Part shown: positions 1 to 9,100 of the stretch, one piece after another
Numbering within the stretch: position 1 is the first letter of the stretch
Layout of the letters: each line of letters begins with the position of its first letter
NCBI GenBank assembly: GCA_964351455.1
Contig: CAYGOU010000002.1
Coordinates: 1 to 37,220 of the forward strand
DNA from: an uncultured Porphyromonadaceae bacterium
GTDB taxonomy: Bacteria > Bacteroidota > Bacteroidia > Bacteroidales > UBA12481
DNA length: 37,220 bases
Direction of reading: 5' to 3'
Notes under the pieces: model-generated
Seen by the model: the letters and a program-made list of their open reading frames with translations, nothing else
What the model was told of the DNA's origin: nothing
Databases searched by the model: none
Position numbers and translations under genes: made by a program

Positions 1-734
1 CCATACAGACAGAATCCACTCTCCAGCCTGAGGGTATCACGGGCGCCAAGGCCGATGGGCCTAATTCCATATCCGGCACCGGCATCCATCACCGCTTTCC
101 AGAGTTTCGGAGCGTCTTCATTGCGGCAATAGATTTCACATCCACCCGATCCTGTGTACCCGGTGGTCGAGAAAATCACCTCATCGATGCCGGCAAAGGG
201 AATCTGTTTGAAAGTGTAATACTCCATGCTCACAACATCCTCTTCGGTGAGCTTTTGCATAGCCTCCAGGGCAAGCGGACCCTGAATGGCCAACTGAGCG
301 GTGGAATCCGATTGATTAATCAGCTCGCTGCCAATTTCCATTCCAAGTTCGCGCGCGTGCCCGCAGCACCAATCCCAGTCCTTCTGAATGTTGGCCGCAT
401 TCACCACCAGCAGATAAGTATCACTGCTCACACGATACACCAGGAGATCATCCACGATCCCACCCTTTCCGTTGGGAAAACAGCTGTATTGAACCTTACC
501 ATCATGCAGCATGGCGACATCGTTGGTGGTCAGCTTTTGCACCAGCTCAAATGCCTTTGGTCCGCTCACCCAGAACTCTCCCATGTGTGAAACATCGAAC
601 ACCCCGAGGCGCTCACGCACCTGAAGATGCTCATCGGTAATTCCCGAATATTCTATGGGCATCATATACCCTGCAAAGGGTTCGAGCCGGGCCCCAAATT
701 CCTGGTGAAAATTGTAAAAAGGCGTGGTTTTCAT
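1..734 (-). CDS. gcvT: Glycine cleavage system aminomethyltransferase GcvT. Only the N-terminal ~244 aa are present because the 3' end runs off the window.
   Basis: Absent from the ORF track because there is no stop codon in the window. The reverse-strand ATG at 734-732 gives [58 protein letters not shown]..., then ...[14 protein letters not shown]...[13 protein letters not shown]. These are typical GcvT blocks, and the frame stays open to base 1. Confidence 0.9.
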   Translation of the reverse strand, partial: MKTTPFYNFHQEFGARLEPFAGYMMPIEYSGITDEHLQVRERLGVFDVSHMGEFWVSGPKAFELVQKLTTNDVAMLHDGKVQYSCFPNGKGGIVDDLLVYRVSSDTYLLVVNAANIQKDWDWCCGHARELGMEIGSELINQSDSTAQLAIQGPLALEAMQKLTEEDVVSMEYYTFKQIPFAGIDEVIFSTTGYTGSGGCEIYCRNEDAPKLWKAVMDAGAGYGIRPIGLGARDTLRLESGFCLY

Positions 735-771
735 AATGTATAAAGCTTAAGTCAGAAAGGCTGCAGTTAAA

Positions 772-779
772 CAAAGGTA
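772..779 (-). promoter_or_regulatory. Candidate Bacteroidota -7 promoter box (TACCTTTG on the minus strand) for gcvT
   Basis: Plus-strand caaaggta is the reverse complement of TAnnTTTG. It lies 38 nt upstream of the gcvT ATG. This is a motif match only. Confidence 0.3.
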
Positions 780-856
780 ACGGATTAATCCAACAAAAAT
801 CATGATATTAGTCCTATATTAGTGGCTGTTTCGCTGTCTGTAACCGACCTGATAAT

Positions 857-1216
857 ATGGCTTCAAACTTTACCTACGCCGACCTCTCCTATCTTGAAAG
901 CATGGCCATGGGGAGCAATGAGATGATCGTCGAAATGATCCAGATTTTCATCGACCAGTTGCCTGAATTTACCGATGGTATGACCGCCCACCTGGATAAC
1001 CGGCAATGGGCCGAACTGGGCGCCCTGGCGCACAAGGCAAAATCTTCGGTTGCGGTCATGGGAATGAACGCCCTGGCAGATGACCTGAAGGTTTTGGAAC
1101 TTAAGGCCAAGAGCGGCCTGGATACTGAACAGTATCCCCTCCTGGTATCAAAGTTCATCGAACAAGTCAGGGTAACAGGCCTTGAGCTTGGTGCCTATGC
1201 AGCCTCACTGGGCTGA
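857..1216 (+). CDS. Stand-alone histidine phosphotransfer (Hpt) domain protein, 119 aa
   Basis: ATG at 857. The protein is small and looks all-helical, with the Hpt phospho-His motif context AHKAKSSVAVMGM (H-x-x-K-[GS]). Confidence 0.8.
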   Translation: MASNFTYADLSYLESMAMGSNEMIVEMIQIFIDQLPEFTDGMTAHLDNRQWAELGALAHKAKSSVAVMGMNALADDLKVLELKAKSGLDTEQYPLLVSKFIEQVRVTGLELGAYAASLG

Positions 1217-2503
1217 TCCCTTCTTCTTTAAACTGACCTGACCGCTCCTGCGCGTTACCGGAGCAGGTTTGTCTGTACGACGGGATGGTCCGGAACGCAG
1301 CACCTTGTTCGGCTGAGACTGATTACCCGCATAGCGTGCACGTCGGCTTCCTTCGTAAAGATCAAATTTTCTGAAAGTAACCGGTATTGAACCGTTCAAC
1401 AGACTGAACCGTTTCGACGGATGCAGACCGATGCTTTTCATGGCATCCAGATTGCCGCTGCAGATCCACGCCTGATATCCCCTGTAGTGATTCTTAAGCC
1501 GGTCTCCGAGCATTTTGTAGAATCCGTCGATGTCGCGCAGCCTGATTCTCTCCCCATAAGGCGGATTCGTAACCATCCAGCCAGTCCCGATCGGCGGAAC
1601 AAAATCCTGCACGGCCGTTTTGCTGACGGTGACCATCTTGTCGAGAATGGCTTTATGAATCGATTGCCTGGCTAGCATCAGGGATTCGGTGGAAATGTCG
1701 CCCCCTGTGATCACGATTTTTCGCTCGGGCTGCTCTTCTACGCTGTCAATTACCTCATCAAACAACTCCTGGCTGAAGTTTTTCCAGTTTTCAAATCCGA
1801 ACGACTTGCGGTACATGCCCGGTGGCAGGCGGTAAGCAATCATCGCCCCTTCAATCAGGAAGGTACCCGAACCGCACATCGGATCAACCAGATGTCCCGT
1901 TCCGTCATAGCCAGCCAGCATCAGCAACCCCGCGGCAAGCACCTCGTTGATCGGTGCCTGGTGCTGCTCTGAGCGATATCCCCGTTTATAAAGGGGACTT
2001 CCAGAACTGTCGAGCAAAACCCCCACCCTTTGATCAGCAATGTGGATGGATATCCGCAGATCGGGCTTTTCTCGGTCGACTCTCGGCCTTTTACCGGTGC
2101 GGTCGCGAAGCTGGTCGACCACAGCATCCTTTACCCGCTGGGCAATGAACTGACTGTGGGTAAAGAGGTCTGAATTGGTGACGCACTCGACCGCCATGCT
2201 TTGGGATGGATCAAGATACCGTTGCCAGTCAACTCCCTGTATCTTCTGGTATAGTTCAACATCATTCTTCGCCTGAAAAGTTTCGACCTCGGCAAGCACC
2301 TTGAGCGCAGTGCGCAGATGGTAGTTGGCTTTGTAAAGCGAGATCAGGTCGCCTGTGAAGCTCACTGCCCGGGTCAGGATTTGAATATCCTTGACCTGCA
2401 GGGACTTAATCTCGCCAGCCAAAACTTCTTCCAATCCCTGAAAGGTTTTAACCACAATGGTGAATTGGTCGTTGAGCATGTTCCGAATGATTGAGTTGCG
2501 CAT
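1205..2503 (-). CDS. THUMP-domain class I SAM-dependent RNA methyltransferase (COG0116 / RlmL-N-like) with a basic C-terminal tail
   Basis: SAM motif I is VDPMCGSGTFLIEG and motif IV is TNPPYGERI, with a THUMP-like N-terminal half. The first ATG is at 2503; the track start at 2506 is a TTG. The ATG shares one base with the upstream gene's TGA stop (TGATG). Confidence 0.8.
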   Translation of the reverse strand: MRNSIIRNMLNDQFTIVVKTFQGLEEVLAGEIKSLQVKDIQILTRAVSFTGDLISLYKANYHLRTALKVLAEVETFQAKNDVELYQKIQGVDWQRYLDPSQSMAVECVTNSDLFTHSQFIAQRVKDAVVDQLRDRTGKRPRVDREKPDLRISIHIADQRVGVLLDSSGSPLYKRGYRSEQHQAPINEVLAAGLLMLAGYDGTGHLVDPMCGSGTFLIEGAMIAYRLPPGMYRKSFGFENWKNFSQELFDEVIDSVEEQPERKIVITGGDISTESLMLARQSIHKAILDKMVTVSKTAVQDFVPPIGTGWMVTNPPYGERIRLRDIDGFYKMLGDRLKNHYRGYQAWICSGNLDAMKSIGLHPSKRFSLLNGSIPVTFRKFDLYEGSRRARYAGNQSQPNKVLRSGPSRRTDKPAPVTRRSGQVSLKKKGSAQ

Positions 2504-3030
2504 CAAAGATAAGCTTCTGCAATGGCTTTCGCCACATCAAAGCGCTTTTCACCGATTCCTGACACCACATGACAGTCGAAACCATAGCCCTTGATCTCAT
2601 CACGATAACGCTCAAACAATTCAGACCGGATATCAGGATTCTCCCTGACCGGATCTCTGACCCAGGGCAGATCGGGTTCGCAAAGAAGGTATACCCCCCT
2701 GCCCTCAATGGGAATTCGCTGCATGAACCAATCGGGTATGCGTTCGAAAACCTTATCAAACCAAACCTTGGTGATGATCAGTCCCGTGTCAAAAAAGCAA
2801 AGACCGGCATCCCGGTGGGCCATAATCTGTTCAAGCTGCATTGAGGCAATGTGCTCAACATCATTGTAGGTATAGGGTCGCTTCAGGCGCTCAATATAAT
2901 CACGGGCATACTCGGGTATGGCATGGGCTCCGAATTGGGAAGCCAGCCACAGGGTGAGGGTACTTTTTCCGGTGGATTCAGGTCCGGTGATGAAAAAAGG
3001 CCGGCTCATTGGGCCATGGTTTTGCGCCAT
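2503..3030 (-). CDS. NadR-type ribosylnicotinamide kinase-like P-loop ATPase
   Basis: Walker A motif is ITGPESTGKSTL. The size (~170 aa) and position directly downstream of pnuC fit a NadR C-terminal-domain homolog. An alternative ATG at 3009 forms an ATGA overlap with the pnuC stop and may be the true start. Confidence 0.65.
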   Translation of the reverse strand: MAQNHGPMSRPFFITGPESTGKSTLTLWLASQFGAHAIPEYARDYIERLKRPYTYNDVEHIASMQLEQIMAHRDAGLCFFDTGLIITKVWFDKVFERIPDWFMQRIPIEGRGVYLLCEPDLPWVRDPVRENPDIRSELFERYRDEIKGYGFDCHVVSGIGEKRFDVAKAIAEAYL

Positions 3031-3599
3031 TGCACGAATCCCGCCACCGCAATGACCGTGTAAATCATATAGAGGATGGCGGTAGGATAAAGACCTTTGT
3101 TAAGATAAACAATCCAGGCCACGGTATCCACAAAAATCCAGACCAACCAGTGCTCAAGCAACTTGCGGGCCAACATCCAGGTTGCCACAATCCCACCGGC
3201 CGTTGTGAGTGCGTCCCATACCGGAACCGTTGAATCCGTCAGTTTGTTCAGCACCCACGACAAGACGAGCCAAAGCAGCAAAAAAACGACTGCAGCGATC
3301 GAAGCGGTTCTCCTGCCGGTCGTTGTCACCCTTAGGCTTATATCTGCACGATCCTGGTCAACCCCGCGCCCGCGCCTGCGGCTCCAGTTCCACCAACCAT
3401 AAACACTGATTCCCAGGTAATACCCCTGAAGTCCCATACTGGCATAGAAACCATTGGTTCCAAACACAATGGAATACAGCAGGGCTGAAAGAATGCCGAA
3501 AGGCCACAGCCAGATGATCTGTCTCACGGAGAAGTAGAGATAAACCAGGCTGATCAATGCGCCCGAAACCTCAAGCCAGTGGGTCGTTAGATAAGACAT
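3006..3599 (-). CDS. pnuC: Nicotinamide riboside transporter PnuC
   Basis: 197 aa and polytopic. The N-terminus (WLEVSGALISLVYLYFSVRQIIWLWPFGILSALLY) and W-rich helices (YGWWNW, WMLARK) are characteristic of PnuC. It is paired with a NadR-like kinase. Confidence 0.8.
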   Translation of the reverse strand: MSYLTTHWLEVSGALISLVYLYFSVRQIIWLWPFGILSALLYSIVFGTNGFYASMGLQGYYLGISVYGWWNWSRRRGRGVDQDRADISLRVTTTGRRTASIAAVVFLLLWLVLSWVLNKLTDSTVPVWDALTTAGGIVATWMLARKLLEHWLVWIFVDTVAWIVYLNKGLYPTAILYMIYTVIAVAGFVQWRKTMAQ

Positions 3600-3604
3600 C
3601 AGCC

Positions 3605-3652
3605 ATCAAAAATAGCCAAAATATGCTACCTATTTTTTACTATTTTTGATGC
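3605..3652. promoter_or_regulatory. Perfect 12-bp inverted repeat (CATCAAAAATAG / CTATTTTTGATG, 24-nt spacer). Each arm contains a TATTTTTG -7 box, one facing each divergent operon.
   Basis: Arms at 3605-3616 and 3641-3652, read directly from the sequence. TATTTTTG at 3642-3649 on the plus strand lies 20 nt before the kinase ATG at 3669. Its mirror at 3608-3615 on the minus strand lies 9 nt before the pnuC ATG at 3599. Confidence 0.45.
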
Positions 3653-3668
3653 TTAACACCCCTTTCTC

Positions 3669-5765
3669 ATGAGGCCCTATCCAAAAACCGAATTGCTGAT
3701 CGTCGATGACCGCGACGAGAACCTGTTTGCCATGGAGGCACTCCTCGAACAACCTGACATTGAGATTCTTACTGCAAGATCAGGTAATGAGGCCCTGGGC
3801 ATCCTCCTTGAACACGAGGTGGCACTGATCCTTATGGATGTTCAGATGCCCGGTATGAATGGCTTCGAAACGGCAGAACTGATCCGCGGCAGCTCACGAA
3901 CCAAGCACATTCCGATAATTTTCGTAACGGCGATCAGCAAGGAGCGCCAGAATATTTTCCAGGGTTATGAATCCGGAGCCGTTGATTACCTTTTTAAACC
4001 GGTTGAACCGGAAATCCTGAAGTCGAAAGTCAGAGTCTTTATTGACCTTCACCTTCAAAAACAGACCCTTGAAAACATCACCCACAAGCTTGAAACCACC
4101 ATTTCTGAATTGATAGAATCGAAGAGGAAGCTGAGGCAAAGCGAGGAGACCGCCCGCGAGGCATGGAAAGCCGCCGAGATCGCCAGGCATGCTGCAGAAG
4201 AGGCCAACCGCGCTAAAAGTGAGTTTCTGGCCAACATGAGCCATGAGATCCGCACGCCACTCAACGGGATCATTGGCATGGCCGACCTGGCCCTGCTTGA
4301 GAACAGCTCCCCCGACCTCCGCGACAGGATTGAAAGCATACGAACCTCGGGTGACTCGTTGCTGGAGATTTTAAATGAGATTCTGGATCTCTCGAAAATT
4401 GAAGCTGAGCGCTTCGAACTCGAGAGTATCTCCTTTTCTCCCGCCGATGTTATGGAGAAGGTGGTCAGAATGCTGGCCGTGAAAATTTCAGAAAAGAACC
4501 TTGATCTTGTTTGTGAGGTTGATCCTCACCTTCCACTGGAGGTGACCGGGGATCCCACAAGGGTCCGCCAGATTTTACTCAACCTCCTGTCCAACGCCTA
4601 TAAATTCACGAACGAAGGCTCGATAACCATCACTGCCGGCCTGATCAGAAGAACACCCGAACGGGCGGTGATTCAATTTTCGATAGCCGATACCGGAATC
4701 GGAATCGATTCGACCAAGATCAACTCCATTTTCCAGTCGTTCAGCCAAGCCGAAATTTCAACCTCAAGGGTTTTCGGCGGAACCGGCCTGGGCCTTTCGA
4801 TATCCAGAAAGCTGGTTGACCTGATGCAGGGCAGAATCTGGGTGGAGAGTCAGGCCGGAATGGGATCAACCTTCTTTTTTGAGATTCCCTTCAGCCTTAA
4901 TGAAGCACCTCCCGCAGTTGAGCGATCGAATGACTATCTCAAGTTGTCACCCGTCCTCATGCTCGAACCCTCTCCGGGAAATGGTTTCAACGCTGAGAAA
5001 CTACTGCAGTATTATGGAGTTGAGTGCGTGGTGACCAACAGCTTGCAGGACCTGAAGCATGCAAGAGTATCAGAAAAGTCCCCGTATCGTTCACTATTTA
5101 TCGACAGCCAACTTTACCAGGATGCCAGAATCCGGGAGGATGCTCCTTTAGCCCTCCTTGATGAGCTGCTGACCTTGGATGCTCCGCGGGTGGTCATGAT
5201 CACCGACAACCAGCTGGGGAGAAAGGACTCTTACATTGAAGATGGGTTTACCGCTGTTGCCATGAAACCGCTCTTTCCGAAAACCATCCGAAAGACATTT
5301 CAGGAGATCCTCACTCCGGCCAAGCTCAATGAACCCATTAAGAGACAAGATATTGTTCATACTTCGCTGGAGGATCCCTTACGCATTCTGCTGGCTGAAG
5401 ACAACCGGATCAATGCACGGCTGGCCTTTGGCTTCCTGCAGTTGAGAAACTGGAAGGTAGACCATGCTTTGAATGGCATGGAAGCGGTCAACCTATTCAG
5501 AGAAAATCCATATGATCTGATCCTGATGGACATACAAATGCCGGAGATGGATGGGTATGAAGCCACCAGGATCATCCGTAACGATGAAAACCTTTCCGGC
5601 CGCAAACCAATTCCCATTGTTGCCCTTTCGGCCCATGCCATGCGTGGCGATATCGACAAGGCCCTGAATTCGGGCATGGACGATTACATTACAAAGCCTT
5701 TCAAGCCGAGTGAATTATACGAGGTTATTCTGAAACTGACGCAATCAAAAACCGCTGACCATTGA
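3669..5765 (+). CDS. Hybrid sensor histidine kinase/response regulator (REC - coiled coil - HisKA - HATPase_c - degenerate REC - REC), cytoplasmic
   Basis: N-terminal REC: LIVDDRDEN...[13 protein letters not shown]...YLFKP. H-box: [16 protein letters not shown] box: [13 protein letters not shown] boxes: DTGIGI and [14 protein letters not shown]-terminal REC: [10 protein letters not shown]...[13 protein letters not shown]...DYITKP. Confidence 0.9.
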   Translation: MRPYPKTELLIVDDRDENLFAMEALLEQPDIEILTARSGNEALGILLEHEVALILMDVQMPGMNGFETAELIRGSSRTKHIPIIFVTAISKERQNIFQGYESGAVDYLFKPVEPEILKSKVRVFIDLHLQKQTLENITHKLETTISELIESKRKLRQSEETAREAWKAAEIARHAAEEANRAKSEFLANMSHEIRTPLNGIIGMADLALLENSSPDLRDRIESIRTSGDSLLEILNEILDLSKIEAERFELESISFSPADVMEKVVRMLAVKISEKNLDLVCEVDPHLPLEVTGDPTRVRQILLNLLSNAYKFTNEGSITITAGLIRRTPERAVIQFSIADTGIGIDSTKINSIFQSFSQAEISTSRVFGGTGLGLSISRKLVDLMQGRIWVESQAGMGSTFFFEIPFSLNEAPPAVERSNDYLKLSPVLMLEPSPGNGFNAEKLLQYYGVECVVTNSLQDLKHARVSEKSPYRSLFIDSQLYQDARIREDAPLALLDELLTLDAPRVVMITDNQLGRKDSYIEDGFTAVAMKPLFPKTIRKTFQEILTPAKLNEPIKRQDIVHTSLEDPLRILLAEDNRINARLAFGFLQLRNWKVDHALNGMEAVNLFRENPYDLILMDIQMPEMDGYEATRIIRNDENLSGRKPIPIVALSAHAMRGDIDKALNSGMDDYITKPFKPSELYEVILKLTQSKTADH

Positions 5766-6100
5766 AAATACCCATAAACACCAAGGAGCTTCTTGACCGG
5801 GTTTCAGGAAACGCCGAATTTGCCAAACTGATGCTTGACACCTTCTTTGGCAACCTGGATGAACGCATAGATATTTTAAGTAAGGATCTTGAAAACCGTG
5901 ATTTCGACAATCTCGCTGATAATGTTCATAAAATGAAAGGAGTGGTCGGAAACCTGGCCTTACCACGCCCGTTCAGCATCCTGATGGATATGCACCGTGA
6001 GGCACGATTGAAGGATTACCGCAAATCAGAAAAACTACTGAGGCAACTGGAAGGTTCACTCAGGGAGGCGGCTGAATTCAACGCCACCCTGAAGTTCTAA
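5762..6100 (+). CDS. Stand-alone Hpt domain protein, 112 aa, with a TTG start overlapping the upstream kinase stop
   Basis: Hpt motif [13 protein letters not shown]. The first in-frame ATG would remove helix 1, so the TTG at 5762 (ATTGA overlap with the TGA at 5763-5765) is the likely start. Confidence 0.75.
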   Translation: MKIPINTKELLDRVSGNAEFAKLMLDTFFGNLDERIDILSKDLENRDFDNLADNVHKMKGVVGNLALPRPFSILMDMHREARLKDYRKSEKLLRQLEGSLREAAEFNATLKF

Positions 6101-6119
6101 ATCTCTAAAATACGGCATT

Positions 6120-9100
6120 ATGTTTATCAACTGGCTGAAGAATAAAACGATCAACACGAAACTCCATCTGATGATCGCCATTTCACTGGTTTCTCTAATG
6201 CTTCTTGGTGCGGTTTCAAACTACCTCATCAACAGCACCAAGGTAGTAAGCATCATGCTGGTAGCACAACGCGACTACATGATGGCCTACCACGAGAGCC
6301 TCGAATTATATTACCAGTCGCTCGCTTTCCCCGGGGAGCGAGAAAAGTTTCTTAACAAAGCCATCGACCGGTTGACCAGGGCAAACCGGCAACTTGACTT
6401 TTTTGCCGGAGTCGATAGTCTGTTTCAGAACCTTTCAAGCAAGGAGATTGTTGAAGAGGCCAGAAGTATTTATGGGAGTGCGCTCAAAGACTCGAAAGAC
6501 CCCGATGGCCTGAAAAACGCCCAATTGCTAGTGGCGAGGGTAGGCCTGATCAGGAAACTCTCAAAGGAGATGTTGAACACCAGCATTGTTTCAACTGAGA
6601 TCTCGAGAAAGTATGCCTTTGAGATTCTTGAAGTTTTCAGAAAAGAGCTTATCAGTCCGGGCAGTGCAGCCCTCTCGGGCCTTAACTTGGATGAAACTCT
6701 GGCCAACATGGCCAGGCAGGAAAAGGACTACGCCGAAGATGTAAGAAACCTGGGATCCACAACGGTTACCCAACTGAGGCTGGCCATACTGGCGATCGTC
6801 GTGATTTTGGGTTTCGTGATTTTCTTGCTCTCGAAGGTGCTTTCAAGAATGATTGCACAGCCGGTTTCCCAAATCCGCGACAACCTTGAGCAGATGTCAT
6901 TGGGCCGGCTCGACCTCGAGGCAAGTTATGTTTCAAAAGACGAGGTGGGTCAGCTTGCTGCCTCTTATCGAAGCATGCAAGCCACTTTGCGCCAGCAGGC
7001 TGATCATGCCCAAAAGGTAGCCACAGGGGATTTCAGCGCCTTGCTAAACCCGAGGTCGGCCCACGACGAACTCAGCCTGGCACTGAATGAAATGACCCTG
7101 GCCCTCAGAAAAGCGGACGAGAAGAACCAGCTTGAAAACTGGGTTAAAACCAATCAGAATCAGCTAAGTCAGGAGTTACAGGGCGATCTTGACCTGGCAA
7201 GCCTCGGTCAGAAGATCACCACCCTGCTTTCAAACCAGCTTGGCGCTCATGCCTCTGCCCTGTTCTCATCCGATCAAAACGGAAAGCTGGTTTTTGTTGG
7301 AGGCTACGCCGTCAACACGGGTCAGCTGGCCGGCAGAAGCTTCAAATCGGGCGAAGGACTCCCCGGACAGGCCATGAAGGATAAAAAAATCCTCTCGGTG
7401 GATGATGTCCCTGAAGGGTACCTTGATGTTTGCAGCGGGCTTGGCAGCGCCCTGCCAAGGCATCTATATGTAGTACCCTGTATCTACAGCAATGAGACCG
7501 AAGGAGTCATTGAACTTGCCTGTCTTGAAGCCTTAGGTGAAAACAAACTCGCATACATAGGTCTGGTTGCAGAAGCCATTGCGATCGCCCTCAGGAGCTC
7601 AAAATCCAGAACCGAGCTCCAGAACCTTCTCAGGCAACAGAAAGAACTTGCCGAAGAGTTGCAGGTACAGCAGGAAGAGTTACGCCAGACCAACGAAGAA
7701 CTTCAGGTACAGCAGGAGGAATTGCGTCAGGCCAATGAAGAGCTGGAGGCCCAGACCCGCTCGCTGGAGGAGTCAAAAGCCAATCTGCAGGCTCAGCAGG
7801 AGGAATTACGGGTCACCAACGAGGAACTGGCCGAAAGAACCCGAGCCATTGAAAACCAGCGTGAGGCCCTGAGACGCAAAAATGATGAACTCGAAAGGGC
7901 GCGGCAGGAGATTGAGCAAAAAGCACGGGATCTTGAACAGACCAGCCGCTACAAATCTGAATTTCTGGCCAACATGTCTCATGAACTGCGCACCCCTTTG
8001 AACAGCATTCTGGTGCTCTCTCAGATCCTGGCCCAGAATAAGCCGGATAACCTGAATGAGAAGCAGATTAAATCAGCCCAGACCATCCACTCTTCGGGAG
8101 TGAACCTACTGTCGCTGATCAATGAAATACTAGACCTGTCGAAAATCGAGTCCGGAAGAATTGATCTGCATTCAGAAGAGATCAATCTTCAGCAGGTGGT
8201 TGAGGAACTTAAAGAAAATTTCGCTCCTCTGGCTGAAGAAAAAGGTTTGGAAATCACCTTTTCTATCGGGGAAAAGATACCTGAGATCATCTTCAACGAT
8301 CCGATGCGGCTCGGACAGATCCTTCGCAACCTGCTCTCAAATGCAGTGAAGTTCACCGAACGCGGATCGGTCAGGCTGATGGTTGCCATGCACCCCGGGA
8401 CCGGCACCCAACCAGCATCCCCGGATGGGAAGAAAAGTTGGATTTCTATTTCGATCGAAGATACCGGTATCGGGATAGCAGGTGAGAAACAGAAGGAGAT
8501 CTTTGACGCCTTTAAGCAGGCCGATGGCACCACATCGCGCAAGTTCGGGGGCACAGGACTTGGACTTGCCATTTCGCGTAATTTTGCCAGGTTGATGGGA
8601 GGAGACATCCTGCTTGAAAGTGAGCCTGGAAAAGGAAGCAGGTTCATACTGGTTTTGCCCGAAAGGATTGAGCCTCAAAAACAGGTGGCCAAAGAAGACC
8701 TGCCCCCCGTAGTAAATACCATTGAGCTGCCTGCTGATCCGGCTGTTGCCCTCGATCAACCCATGACAGACCTGGATGCCAGTCCCCGCGAAACCTATGA
8801 ACTGATCATGGATGACCGGAAACACATCAAGAAGGGAGACCCCTTTCTGCTGATCATTGAGGATGATCCGGCATTTGCCCAGGTACTTTATGACCTTGCC
8901 CATGAAAAGCACTTCAAGTGCATGGTTGCACCCAACGGGGAAACCGGACTTCACTATGCAGATTATTACGGTCCGAGTGCCATCGTCCTTGACATCGGAC
9001 TTCCGGGAATAAACGGTTGGGAGGTCATGCAGCGACTTAAGGAAAATCCCTCAACCCGCCATATTCCGGTGCATTTCATGTCGGCCAGCGACAAAAGTAT

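Noticed and set aside
255-590. 111-aa plus-strand ORF
   Set aside because: It lies entirely antisense to the well-supported gcvT reading frame and has no recognisable motifs. It is a shadow ORF.
8189-8954. 152-aa and 205-aa minus-strand ORFs inside the large kinase gene
   Set aside because: They are antisense to the HATPase_c-encoding region, which has clear N and G boxes on the plus strand. Their composition is low-complexity and Gly/Pro/Ser-rich, as expected for shadow frames.
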